DNA of 54,998 nucleotides, from contig JANQYP010000051.1 in assembly GCA_030728785.1 (NCBI GenBank), positions 6,626-61,623 of the forward strand, written 5' to 3'. The notes beneath the pieces were generated by a model, which did not search any database, was not told the DNA's origin, and was given only the letters and a program-made list of their open reading frames with translations. Below are positions 29,101 to 37,470 of the stretch, piece by piece. The translations under genes and the position numbers were made by a program. Positions within the stretch are counted from its first letter, which is position 1. Each line of letters starts with the position of its first letter. The DNA comes from Pseudomonadales bacterium (GTDB lineage: Bacteria; Pseudomonadota; Gammaproteobacteria; Pseudomonadales; Azotimanducaceae).

Positions 29101-29289
29101 GGGCAGGCCAGTGGCAAAAGGCGGACCATCGTAGAAAATGTATGGCTCGGCCCCTGCGGTCTGCTGCAGCGACTGTTGGAAAATCTGGTTGTCTCGCCAG
29201 AATGCCAGAATCTTATGCTCTGCTGCGACCAATGAGAAACTCTCGGCGCCGTCCTTGTGGGTCTCAGCAGTGTTATTGTCTTCGGCCAT
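26140..29289 (-). CDS. ileS: Isoleucine--tRNA ligase, type 2 (eukaryote-like)
   Basis: 1049 aa. HIGH region PPFATGLPHHGHL, KMSKRL, WDCHGLP and an editing-domain insertion. The C-terminal domain lacks the Cys-rich zinc finger of E. coli-type (type 1) IleRS. Confidence 0.93.
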   Translation of the reverse strand: MAEDNNTAETHKDGAESFSLVAAEHKILAFWRDNQIFQQSLQQTAGAEPYIFYDGPPFATGLPHHGHLVGSILKDAVPRYFTMKGRYVQRRFGWDCHGLPIEHEIDKALGMSSQEAVAKLGIKGYNDECRAIVQRYTSEWESTITRIGRWVDFDNDYKTMDPWFMESVWWVVKQLWEKGLIYQGIKVVPFSTALGTVLSNFEATSNYQEVQDPAVTVLFKLQDEDAYISAWTTTPWTLPSNLALCVGADIDYVKAHDEERNLDLYFARARLEDMSRGKQLTVLAEMKGASLVGRTYEPIFDYFTDLRSEGAFQIVADNYVSTDSGTGIVHQAPAFGEDDHRVLKAAGITATVCPVDMAGQFTIEVPDFAGQHVKAADKGIIRKLKDTGALYRQETIVHSYPFCPRSDTPIIYRTIDSWYVRVEQMRERLVAVNKDINWVPGHIQTGRMGKWLEGALDWAISRNRYWGTPLPIWINDATGSQVCIGSIEELTKLTGVTIDDLHREHVDDLTFTMAGEAGTYRRIEEVLDCWFESGSMPYAQLHYPFENQDLFAKGFPAEFIAEGLDQTRGWFYTLIVLGTALFDTHPFKNVIVNGIVMAEDGKKMSKRLRNYTPPDLLMETYGADALRLYLINSGLVRAEEQRFADAGVKDMVRRALLPWLNSFRFLQTYASIDQWSPADSAGPSANIMDRWILSRLQTLKTTIAEEMESYRLYNVVPALFEFIEELTNWYIRLNRARFWQEDMNEDKRAAYTTLYTTLYELSLSMAPFAPFLAETIYQEMIAFGTTQAPLSVHLCAYPEPETELIQPMLEQAVTRMQHIILLGRQKRNQAKVKTKMPLARLTVIHKDEALLEEISKLENYIQAELNVKAVDYDTDEGAYISLYAKPNSPVLGKRLGKTFGAYRQKIDGLSSAAIDELQQQGDIRIDDEVFSVDDILVFREAKAGTDAISDRFISIDLKCELTPALIREGLAREVVNRIQNTRKDLGLNVVDRIGLTLHASPALAAAIAEHREHIMKDTLALQLDMAAAPLATSFDIDDEQLSIAIVRLA

Positions 29290-29352
29290 GGTTCACCTTG
29301 CCTGGCGACTCGCTTGCGTCGCCCATGTCTGAGTAGTCGTGTATGGGGATGT

Positions 29353-30363
29353 CTATTCGCGGTCCTGCTGGACCTGGCGGACACTGCCCCGGGAATTGAT
29401 TTTCTGAACGATGGTGGCGAGCAGTCGCTCAATATGAAAGGTGTGGTACCAGTCCGGTGTGTTGTCGTGAGTGACGGTGCTGGTGCCGACAAAATTGAAG
29501 GCCCAGCCTTCGCTGACAGAGCGGTTCTTGAGGGTCGTCAGGCGCTCCCAGGCCGGTGGCGACAGGATCGGGTGTACGCAGGCCACCACTATGTCACCTG
29601 CGCCACGACTCTTCAATTCATCAACGGCTGCGGCGACTGAGCCGGCAGAATCAACAATATCATCCACCAGCAGGACATTCTGGTCTTTGACCTCGCCAAT
29701 CAGGGTGGACCTGAAAATCTGGTTTGGCTTGGAATAGTCCCGCTCTTTTGACAGTGCGGCGAGGTCTGCAGACAATTCTTCTGCATAGGCGCGGGCCCGT
29801 TCCAGGTAACCCACATCCGGCGACACCACAACGCCGCCGGTGAGGCCTCTGGCAACCAGCCATTCGCTCAGGTGCCGCGTCAGAAAAACATTTTCCAGGT
29901 GGGTAAAAGATGGGTTAAACATGCCGGCAATGGCGTCATTGTGAATTTCCACGGCCATCACTCGGTTGGCGCCGGCACTCTGCAACATGCGCGCAAACAG
30001 ACCGGCACTGATACCTTCGCGGGTCCGGCCCTTGCGCTTGTCCTGCCGGGCCCCCGGGTAATAAGGAATAATGGCGGTGACATACTGGGCATCGGACAAT
30101 GCCGCAGCCTCGACGGCATGCAGCAGCATGATAAAGCGGTCATAGACAGTCCGTTCGTCCTGCTGACCGATCATGGACTGGAACACGTAAACGTCGTGCC
30201 CCCTGACATTGGCATTAATCGCCAGCTTACCCTCACCGCAGGCGAACCAGGTTTCTTCGGTTGGGATCAGGGGCAGGCCCATGTGGTCAGCGACGGTCTG
30301 GGCAAATACCCGACCTGATTCGCAGGCCATCAGGGCAATGGGCGCGCGGGGTGTCGGGCTCAT
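29353..30363 (-). CDS. Ribose-phosphate pyrophosphokinase (PRPP synthetase) family protein, divergent paralogue
   Basis: 336 aa. IIPYYPGARQDKR, VEIHN, VVSPDVG and PRPP loop LLVDDIVDSAGS align by eye with Prs blocks, but the N-terminus, flexible loop and C-terminus diverge. Confidence 0.75.
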   Translation of the reverse strand: MSPTPRAPIALMACESGRVFAQTVADHMGLPLIPTEETWFACGEGKLAINANVRGHDVYVFQSMIGQQDERTVYDRFIMLLHAVEAAALSDAQYVTAIIPYYPGARQDKRKGRTREGISAGLFARMLQSAGANRVMAVEIHNDAIAGMFNPSFTHLENVFLTRHLSEWLVARGLTGGVVVSPDVGYLERARAYAEELSADLAALSKERDYSKPNQIFRSTLIGEVKDQNVLLVDDIVDSAGSVAAAVDELKSRGAGDIVVACVHPILSPPAWERLTTLKNRSVSEGWAFNFVGTSTVTHDNTPDWYHTFHIERLLATIVQKINSRGSVRQVQQDRE

Positions 30364-30962
30364 GGGCGGCTCTCCGGTAATGCAGATTGGGTCAGAGTGG
30401 CCAGAGTTGCAACCAGCAGGTCATGTTCTTCAGCCAGGACTTTTGCCGCCAGAGATTCGGCGGTATCGTCGGCCGCCACGGCAATGATTTTCTGGGCTAT
30501 CACCGGGCCTGTGTCATAGTCGGCTTCGACCCAGTGAACTGAGATGCCCGTTTCTTTGTCGCCCTTGTCCAGTACTGCCTGGTGGACGCGCATGCCATAC
30601 ATGCCGTGCCCGCCATGGCGGGGCAGCAAGGACGGGTGAACGTTGATTATTCGTCCCTGGTAACGCTGCAACGTCTGTGGCCCGAGCTTTTTCATATAAC
30701 CGGCGGTGATCACCAGATCGACCTGATGGGTCTCAAGGGCCTGGAGAATGGCCAGATCCTCGGCCGCGGCCTGCGGGTGAGTGACGTTGGAAATGTGCAC
30801 TGCCGGGATGTTGGCCGTGCGGGCCCTGGCCAGGGCAACGCTGCCGCTGTTGTTGCTGATGGCAACCACGGGCTCGGCATTGAGTGTGCCATTACAGCAG
30901 GCATCAATTATCGCCTGGAAATTGCTGCCGCGGTGCGACGCTAGGATGCCGAGTCTGGTCAT
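30360..30962 (-). CDS. purN: Phosphoribosylglycinamide formyltransferase (PurN-type)
   Basis: MTRLGILASHRGSNFQAIID..., INVHPSLLP and ...VHWVEADYDTGPVIAQ contain the Asn/His/Asp catalytic positions. The start was set at 30962. ATGA overlap with the prs-like gene. Confidence 0.85.
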   Translation of the reverse strand: MTRLGILASHRGSNFQAIIDACCNGTLNAEPVVAISNNSGSVALARARTANIPAVHISNVTHPQAAAEDLAILQALETHQVDLVITAGYMKKLGPQTLQRYQGRIINVHPSLLPRHGGHGMYGMRVHQAVLDKGDKETGISVHWVEADYDTGPVIAQKIIAVAADDTAESLAAKVLAEEHDLLVATLATLTQSALPESRP

Positions 30963-31095
30963 AACTGCAAGAGGCGCTGTTGTGCTGCCGATGAAGCACG
31001 GGAGTTTATCACGGCTGTGGTGCCAATTGCTGCAAAGCTCAAGATTGTCATAGATTGTCATAAAAGCTGGTGTTGAATCTTTTATGGTGACATCA

Positions 31096-31143
31096 ATCGC
31101 AGCCCGACTGTCCGCAGCCCGACTGATCGCAGCCCGACTGATC
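31096..31143. repeat. 15-bp tandem repeat (atcgcagcccgactg x3.2), 4 nt downstream of the matB stop
   Basis: Direct reading. On the minus (gene) strand the unit is cagtcgggctgcgat, which is related to the 30-bp repeat at 38369-38435. Confidence 0.9.
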
Positions 31144-31147
31144 TCGA

Positions 31148-32701
31148 CTAAACAACCCGACCATACTGCTCACGCAGCAGGTTCTTCTGCACCTTGCCCA
31201 TGGTATTGCGGGGCAGCGCCGCGACAAAGTGGACTGACTTGGCCACCTTAAAATTTGCCAGGTGTTGTTTCATGTACTGAATAACCCTGGCTTCGTCGAG
31301 GTCAGCACCCTCGACGGTGACCATAATGGCTGTCACCGCCTCGCCAAAGTCACTGTCGGGCAGGCCGATGACGGCCGACTCGGTCACCCCTGGCAACTTG
31401 TCGAGCAGGGTTTCAAGTTCCTTCGGATAGACGTTCAGGCCGCCGCTGATAATCATGTCCTTGTTGCGACCGACGATGGCGATGTAACCGTCCTGATCTT
31501 CTGCCGCTACGTCGCCGGTCTTAAAAAAGCCGTCGGCGGTAAACTCCTCGAGGGTCTTGGCGGGCATACGCCAGTAGCCCTTGAAGACGTTGGCACCGCG
31601 TACCTGCAACTCGCCGGCGCTGCCTCGGGGCAGCACCTGGCCTCGAGCATCGACAATACGCGTGGTGACACTCGGCAAGGCCGGTCCCACAGTGCCGGGT
31701 TTACGTTCGCCATGAACCGGGTTGCTGGTATTCATGCCGGTCTCAGTCATGCCGTAACGTTCCACAATGTGCTGCCCTGTGGCTGCCGCAAAGGCATCAA
31801 AAGTTTGTGGCAGCAAGGGTGCCGAGCCGCTGGTAAACAGACGCATGTTGCGGCACACGGTGGTTGTCAGGCCACCGTGTTTGAGGAGCCGAACATAATG
31901 GGTGGGCACCCCCATATAGACCGTAGCTGCCGGTAACAGGCTGATAACCTCGGCTGGATCAAATCCCGGCAGCAGGATAATGGGGCTGGCGTTGTAGACC
32001 GCCAGGTGGGTTGCCACAAACAGGCCGTGAATATGGAAGACCGGCAATGTGTGCAGCAGGACATCGCCTGCCTGCCAGTCCCAGGCCTGGTGCAGGGTGC
32101 TGGTATTGGCCAAGAGATTACCATGGCTCACCATGGCGCCCTTGGGTTGACCCGTGGTCCCTGAGGTATACAGGATCACCGCCGTAGTATCGGGCTGGGT
32201 TGGTGGCGAATTAAACGCCGGGAGATAGTCGCCGCTGTCCAGGTCTGTGGCCAGGCTGCCCCGGCCATCAGCATCGAGGGTCGCGAGCCGGCAATCCCGG
32301 CCTGCCAGGCGGTGTGTAAAACTGGCTTGCGCGGCGGGGCTGCAGATCACCAGTGAAGGTTCGGCATTGCGCACAAAGTATTCGATTTCTTCCTGCTGAT
32401 ACGCCGTATTCAGCGGCAGATAAATAAGCCCGGCACGCAGGCAGGCAAAATAGACAAACAGGCATTCAGCAGATTTTTCGACCTGCACAATGACCCGATC
32501 GCCGGGTCGCAGACCCAGTCCTGTCAGGTAGTTGGCATACTGGCCACTGCGGTGGTGTAAGTCAGCATAGGTGTGCAGGGCAGCGCCGTTGGCGGCCTGA
32601 ATGAAAGTTGTGCCTGACGCAAAGCGCTGCTGCAAGGCATCGTAAAAATTCCCCGCCGCACTTGCGGCGTTGGTATTGGCGGGTGTCTGCGGCTGTTGCA
32701 T
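31148..32701 (-). CDS. matB: Malonyl-CoA synthetase-like AMP-forming acyl-CoA ligase
   Basis: 517 aa. RPGDRVIVQVEKSAECLFVYFACLRAGLIYLPLNTAYQQEEIEYFVRNAEP closely parallels rhizobial MatB as I recall it. AMP-binding motif YTSGTTGQPKG. Confidence 0.75.
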   Translation of the reverse strand: MQQPQTPANTNAASAAGNFYDALQQRFASGTTFIQAANGAALHTYADLHHRSGQYANYLTGLGLRPGDRVIVQVEKSAECLFVYFACLRAGLIYLPLNTAYQQEEIEYFVRNAEPSLVICSPAAQASFTHRLAGRDCRLATLDADGRGSLATDLDSGDYLPAFNSPPTQPDTTAVILYTSGTTGQPKGAMVSHGNLLANTSTLHQAWDWQAGDVLLHTLPVFHIHGLFVATHLAVYNASPIILLPGFDPAEVISLLPAATVYMGVPTHYVRLLKHGGLTTTVCRNMRLFTSGSAPLLPQTFDAFAAATGQHIVERYGMTETGMNTSNPVHGERKPGTVGPALPSVTTRIVDARGQVLPRGSAGELQVRGANVFKGYWRMPAKTLEEFTADGFFKTGDVAAEDQDGYIAIVGRNKDMIISGGLNVYPKELETLLDKLPGVTESAVIGLPDSDFGEAVTAIMVTVEGADLDEARVIQYMKQHLANFKVAKSVHFVAALPRNTMGKVQKNLLREQYGRVV

Positions 32702-32791
32702 GGGCAGGGCTGCTCCTGTGTACGGCAGACCGCTTTAGGCAAGTCTGGTAGGCAAGTCTGGTGGACGGGAATGACTGCGGCTGAATGCCGG

Positions 32792-33022
32792 TCAAAAGAT
32801 GCGATTCAGTTGCAGATGCATACGGCTGCGTTGGCCCTCGGTCTGGCCATAGACAAAATACACCCGCCCCAAGGGTGAGTCGATACCGAAAATAAGCACG
32901 CCGCCAAAAATCAGGTCTTTCGCGCTGGCATCCTGCTGGCTGTGCCAGCCATTAACTGCTGCAGAGACAAATGCCAGGTAGAACGGCGGCGCATGAAACC
33001 GCAGGCCGTGACAGGGAAATGG
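32792..33022 (-). pseudogene. Start-less ~76-codon open frame: possible C-terminal remnant of an outer-membrane beta-barrel protein
   Basis: My own translation: PFPCHGLRFHAPPFYLAFVSAAVNGWHSQQDASAKDLIFGGVLIFGIDSPLGRVYFVYGQTEGQRSRMHLQLNRIF*. It shows an alternating beta-strand pattern and a terminal Phe. No ATG/GTG/TTG could start the whole frame, and the upstream space is occupied by the opposite-strand PCuAC gene. Confidence 0.3.
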
Positions 33023-33158
33023 TCAACACGCCAGTTCGGCGGCGATGGCCTGATGCCCCTGTGAGCCTGCGTGCTGATTCAGGCCCGCCTTGGGGGCTCC
33101 TGCTGGCGTTTGTGGTGTTATACTCTGGCCCCTCAAATGATAAGCCGGGTCTAAAGCC

Positions 33159-33596
33159 ATGTTGTTGAAATTCTGTCAATGCCTGTTGCTCGCCAGTGCC
33201 AGTGCCCTCTGCCAGGCCGCCAGTCTTACCGTCGACTCTGCCTGGGCGAGAGTCAGTCCGCCCGGTGCCAAAGTTGGCGTGGCCTATATGACGCTGTTTA
33301 ATCCGGGCGCTGTTGCGGTGGAGATTACCAGCATTGAGACGCCGGCTGCGGCCAATACCCAGGTGCATGACACCATCAATGACAATGGCATGCTGAAGAT
33401 GCGCCAGATAGTACCACTGGTAGTGGCTGCCGGTGAGCGCCTTAGCCTCGAGCCCGGCGGCAAGCACATGATGTTGATGGGACTCCACCAAGGATTGACC
33501 GCTGGCACCGAGGTGGTGGTTAGCCTGACGCTGGCAACGGGTGAGGTGGTGTTGGTGACTGTACCCGTCAGCCAGACTAATCCCGCTGAGCAATAG
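33159..33596 (+). CDS. Periplasmic copper chaperone PCu(A)C (DUF461)
   Basis: Signal peptide, then AWARVSPPGAKVGVAYMTL, H...M (QVHDTINDNGMLKMRQ) and GGKHMMLMG copper-binding motifs. Confidence 0.85.
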   Translation: MLLKFCQCLLLASASALCQAASLTVDSAWARVSPPGAKVGVAYMTLFNPGAVAVEITSIETPAAANTQVHDTINDNGMLKMRQIVPLVVAAGERLSLEPGGKHMMLMGLHQGLTAGTEVVVSLTLATGEVVLVTVPVSQTNPAEQ

Positions 33597-33610
33597 TTTT
33601 TGCAACGAGC

Positions 33611-34774
33611 TTATTCGCTGACAAGCACCTGTTGTGCCTGCAGCCTGCTGATTTGGCTGGCGGAATAGTCCAGCCACTCGGTTAGCACCGCCTGATTATG
33701 CTCGCCCTGAAAAGGTGCGCCACCGCGCACCCCGCTGCTGGCGCCTGAAAAACGGTAGGGGCTCTGGAACAGGGGCCGGGTGCCACCATGGCGGTCGTCA
33801 ACGGCAATGACACTGCGGCGATGAGCCAGAGTCGTGGAGTCCTGCAGGTAAGTGCTGGTTGACGTGACATTACCCCAGGCGATATTGGCCTTGTCGAGTG
33901 CCGCTGTCAGTGCCTGCCGGTGTCTGAAGCTCACCAGGAAGGCCTCGGTAGCAGCGCGCCGGGCAGCTATTTTTGCCGCCAGGGTGGCGTCTGCAGGCGT
34001 TGGCTCCTGGACCCCGAGCACCGTGTTCAGCAGCCGCCAGATATGCCGAAAGTCACCGGCCATGATCACCGGCCCGCCGGTGGCAGCCCAGACCTCACTG
34101 GCACCGTTATTGACTGGTGCACCCTCAAGGTAATAGTGGGTCTGGTCGTCGGTCGCCAGCATGGCATCAACCATCGCAATATCAATATGCTGGCCTTCAC
34201 CCGTGCGATGGCGCTGGTGAACGGCCGCCAACAGTCCCACCAGGCCATGCAGGCCGGCATTGGTATCGGCAAAAGACATACACATCTCTACCGGATAGCT
34301 GTCGGCCTTTTCTGCCTGGCGCTGGATGGCTCCGGTTTCGGCATGCACAATCGGCGCATAGGCTGCCCGCTGGGATTCAGGCCCGTGCTGGCCGAAGCCG
34401 GAAATAGACAACATGATCAGCCGCGGATTAAGTCTGTGCAGGGTGTCCCAGTCCAGGCCCAGGCGCGCCATCACTCCCGGGCGAAAATTCTCCAGTAATA
34501 TATCCGCTTTGCAAGCCAGGTCCAGCAGCAGTTGCGTGCCCTGAGGCTGGCGCAGGTCTATGCTGACATTGCGCTTGCCGGCATTCTGCTGCTGATAATA
34601 GCCGGAGATGGAGCCAACTGTGTGCCCCCAGTGACGGGTCACATCCTGGTCCGGCGGTTCTACCTTGACCACCTGCGCGCCCAGGTCGGACAACATTCGA
34701 CCGGCAAAGGGGCCGGCCAGAACCCTCGACAGGTCCAGTACTTTTAAGTCACTGAGCGGGTAATCCTGCGGCAT
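33611..34774 (-). CDS. Family III CoA-transferase (CaiB/BaiF)
   Basis: LSDLKVLDLSRVLAGPFAGRMLSDLGAQVVKVEPP is the typical N-terminal block. The start was set at MPQDYPL (34774). Confidence 0.85.
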   Translation of the reverse strand: MPQDYPLSDLKVLDLSRVLAGPFAGRMLSDLGAQVVKVEPPDQDVTRHWGHTVGSISGYYQQQNAGKRNVSIDLRQPQGTQLLLDLACKADILLENFRPGVMARLGLDWDTLHRLNPRLIMLSISGFGQHGPESQRAAYAPIVHAETGAIQRQAEKADSYPVEMCMSFADTNAGLHGLVGLLAAVHQRHRTGEGQHIDIAMVDAMLATDDQTHYYLEGAPVNNGASEVWAATGGPVIMAGDFRHIWRLLNTVLGVQEPTPADATLAAKIAARRAATEAFLVSFRHRQALTAALDKANIAWGNVTSTSTYLQDSTTLAHRRSVIAVDDRHGGTRPLFQSPYRFSGASSGVRGGAPFQGEHNQAVLTEWLDYSASQISRLQAQQVLVSE

Positions 34775-34951
34775 GGGACAGACATCCGTGGCATGGTTGG
34801 AGGGATGATACTGTAACTGCTCGGCATAACAAAATGGCGTGTCCAACCCTGCTGCCAATGTTAGAGTAGCCAGGTGTGTGGCTATTCACAGGCTACTTAT
34901 TGACGGCGCTGGCAGCGCGCATGAGAAAGCCATTTAAAACGGGAGACAAGA

Positions 34952-35401
34952 TTGACCGCAATATCATGGCAAGAGCTGGAGCAGCAGGCCCCCGAGCTGG
35001 CGACCTTTGGCAAGGCCCGGATCGACGGCAAAGTGGCCTACCTGGCGACTATTCGCCACTCTGGCTGGCCTCGTACCCATCCGGTGACGCCCATTGTTGG
35101 TGCTGGCCGATGTTTTATTTTTGCCGATCCTGACTCGCCTAAGGTCCGTGACCTGCTGAACGCGGGCAAGTTCTGCCTGCATTGTGGTATGAGCAATAAT
35201 TCCGGTGCCAGCGGCGAGTTTCAGATTACCGGCGTCGCCGAGCAGATTACTGAGCCATTGATTCGAGCCGCAGCCGAGGCTGCCAGTAACTTTCGACCAG
35301 CGCCACGCTATGTGCTGTTTGAACTGAAGCTCAGCGAGGCCCTGTCCACCCGTTATTTTGGTGGCCTGCCAGAACGCCAGCGCTGGTCCCTGCCTGGCTG
35401 A
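34952..35401 (+). CDS. Pyridoxamine 5'-phosphate oxidase-like FMN-binding split-barrel protein
   Basis: 149 aa. AYLATIRHSGWPRTHPV...FIFADPDSPKVRDL is typical of the family. TTG start preceded by gggaga. Confidence 0.65.
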   Translation: MTAISWQELEQQAPELATFGKARIDGKVAYLATIRHSGWPRTHPVTPIVGAGRCFIFADPDSPKVRDLLNAGKFCLHCGMSNNSGASGEFQITGVAEQITEPLIRAAAEAASNFRPAPRYVLFELKLSEALSTRYFGGLPERQRWSLPG

Positions 35402-35450
35402 GGGGCGCGTTGAAGACCACATATAAAGCGCAATATGCAGAGGCGTGTTG

Positions 35451-36185
35451 ATGGACGGTATTCATGATCTGGGTGGCAAGCAGGGTTACGGTGAGGTGTG
35501 CAGAGACCAGGCGCCCGCTGCAGGCCCGGCACCGGTGTTCCACAAGCGCTGGGAGGCGGCGGTGTTTGCCATGGTCAATGCCGGCGCCCAGGCCGGGGCC
35601 TGGACCAACACCGATCGCTTTCGCCATGCTGTTGAGCGCATTGATCCCGTGGCCTATCTGTCGCATGGCTATTACGGGCGTTGGTTGGGAGGTCTGGAAA
35701 CCCTGCTGGTGGAGGCGGGCATCATCACCACCGCAGAGCTTGAGGCCCGTTTGGCGACCCGGCCCGGGCAGCTGGTCAGCAGTGCCAACGAGCATGTTGC
35801 AGCCCGGCCCGCCATGGTCCCAGAGCCTTTCGGACCCCCGCCTCGGGGTCGCGGCAGCCAGCGCCCGGTGACTGCCGCACCCCGCTTTGCCGTAGGTGCC
35901 GGGGTGGTGACTGCAAGGACTGTCTGCGCTGGCCATACCCGCCTGCCAGCTTATGCGCGGGGCCGGCAAGGCTGCATCACCGCCGTCCATGGCGGCTGGA
36001 TATTCCCTGATACCAATGCTCATGGTGGCGGCGAGTGCCCGCAACATCTGTATACGGTGACCTTCAGTGCCGCCGAGTTGTGGCCAGGTGGTGATGCGCA
36101 TTTTGATGTCAGTCTCGACCTGTTTGAACCCTATTTATTTGCGACCGGCAGCAGCCTCGCCCAACAGCAGAAGGTCACCCTGTGA
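35451..36185 (+). CDS. nthB: Nitrile hydratase beta subunit
   Basis: N-terminus MDGIHDLGGKQGYGEV and C-terminal block GHTRLPAYARGRQGCI...HLYTVTFSAAELWP are hallmark NHase-beta sequences. ATG 35451 is preferred over GTG 35445. Confidence 0.9.
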   Translation: MDGIHDLGGKQGYGEVCRDQAPAAGPAPVFHKRWEAAVFAMVNAGAQAGAWTNTDRFRHAVERIDPVAYLSHGYYGRWLGGLETLLVEAGIITTAELEARLATRPGQLVSSANEHVAARPAMVPEPFGPPPRGRGSQRPVTAAPRFAVGAGVVTARTVCAGHTRLPAYARGRQGCITAVHGGWIFPDTNAHGGGECPQHLYTVTFSAAELWPGGDAHFDVSLDLFEPYLFATGSSLAQQQKVTL

Positions 36186-36769
36186 GCACAGATCATACGC
36201 ATCATCACCTGCCACCCCAGGCCTTGAGGGCCGAGGCGCTGGAATCTTTATTGCTGGAAAAAGGCCTGCTCGACGCCGGCGCTGTAGACAGTGTGATTAT
36301 TCGTTATACCGAACGGGTGGGGCCTATGAACGGGGCCAAAATTGTCGCTCGTGCCTGGTGTGACCCGGCATTTAAACAGTGGCTGCTGGCCGATGGCAGT
36401 GCCGCCATTGGTGAATTCAACCTGGAAGGCGGGCAGGTAGAAAAGCTGGTGGTGGTGGAAAACACTGCCGCCATCCATAATGTTGTGGTCTGTACCCTGT
36501 GCTCCTGTTATCCCTGGGCAGTGCTTGGCTTGCCCCCAACCTGGTACAAGGATCCGGCTTACCGGTCACGGATTGTCCGTGAGCCGCGCACGGTGCTGGC
36601 AGAGATGGGGCTGGCTCTGGCACCCGAGGTGCATATCAAAGTCTGGGATTCCAGTGCCGAACTGCGCTATATGGTGTTGCCCCAGCAGCCGGCAGAGACC
36701 CTTGGCCTGCCAGAGGCCGAGCTGGCGGCGCGGATCAGCCGCGATGCCATGATTGGTGTTGCCCTGTGA
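36182..36769 (+). CDS. nthA: Nitrile hydratase alpha subunit, cobalt type
   Basis: The metal-binding motif VCTLCSCYPW has Thr and Tyr at the positions that distinguish Co-type from Fe-type (CSLCSCT) enzymes. GTGA overlap with the nthB stop. Confidence 0.9.
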   Translation: MSTDHTHHHLPPQALRAEALESLLLEKGLLDAGAVDSVIIRYTERVGPMNGAKIVARAWCDPAFKQWLLADGSAAIGEFNLEGGQVEKLVVVENTAAIHNVVVCTLCSCYPWAVLGLPPTWYKDPAYRSRIVREPRTVLAEMGLALAPEVHIKVWDSSAELRYMVLPQQPAETLGLPEAELAARISRDAMIGVAL

Positions 36770-37134
36770 CGGCCGGGGTCGAAGCAGTGTCGGTGACGGC
36801 TCGGGATATCACCGGCGACGAGTTGCAGGGTCCGGCGGCACCGCCCATGGTTAATGGCGAGCTGCTGTTTGAGCACCCCTGGCAGAGCCGTACCTTTGGT
36901 ATGGCGCGGGTGTTGTGTGAAGCAGATGTATTCAGCTGGGATGAGTTTCGGGCCGGGCTGATAGGGACTATTCGCGCCTGGGAGGATGATCACAGTGATC
37001 AGGCTTATGCCTACTGGGACCTGTTTCTGGCAACCCTGACGCGGCTGCTGGCGCAACAACAGGTATGTCCTGAGCCAGAGCTGCAGGCTCGCCAGACGTT
37101 ATTGGCAAACCGGCCCCACGGCCATGATCACTAG
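36766..37134 (+). CDS. Nitrile hydratase accessory (activator/metallochaperone) protein
   Basis: 122 aa. LLFEHPWQSRTFGMARVLCEADVFSWDEFRAGLI resembles the beta-subunit-like core of NHase activator proteins. GTGA overlap with the nthA stop. Confidence 0.75.
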   Translation: MTAGVEAVSVTARDITGDELQGPAAPPMVNGELLFEHPWQSRTFGMARVLCEADVFSWDEFRAGLIGTIRAWEDDHSDQAYAYWDLFLATLTRLLAQQQVCPEPELQARQTLLANRPHGHDH

Positions 37135-37143
37135 GTTCGGTGT

Positions 37144-37470
37144 TTGATGAGTGACGAGACAACAACACGCAGGAGTTCCGCCAAGGTCCGGCGGCAGCAG
37201 ATCCTGATGCTTTACAGCCGTTCTTCAGCGCTGGATTCTGAGGTTGTTGGCTGGGCTTTTTATGATGGTACCGGTGCCACTGTGCACTATGCAGGGGACC
37301 AGGATGAGGCGCCTTTTGTGACGCCGCTGGCGGCCATGCAGGCCGGCTGGCGGGTACTGCAGGTTTCACAGCTGCAGGCCGCCGTGCCCGGCAGTGAATA
37401 CGATACCGGTTATCTGCCGTTTGAGATTATGCTGGAGCAGCTGGTAACCTTGGATAAGGCGCCTATATGA
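37144..37470 (+). CDS. Hypothetical 108-aa protein following the nitrile hydratase operon
   Basis: The ORF starts 10 nt after the accessory gene. No recognisable motif. Confidence 0.5.
   Translation: MMSDETTTRRSSAKVRRQQILMLYSRSSALDSEVVGWAFYDGTGATVHYAGDQDEAPFVTPLAAMQAGWRVLQVSQLQAAVPGSEYDTGYLPFEIMLEQLVTLDKAPI

Noticed and set aside
28174-29235. Long ORFs antisense to or overlapping well-supported genes. Examples: 28174-29235 (+) inside ileS, 9622-10551 (+), 16365-17225 (+), 15604-16386 (+), 32952-33677 (-), 35331-36101 (-), 37725-38687 (-) and 3950-4606 (-).
   Set aside because: GC-rich genomes generate long stop-free shadow frames. These translations are Arg/Gly/Ala/Pro-rich and low-complexity with no recognisable motifs, and each overlaps a gene with strong family signatures.
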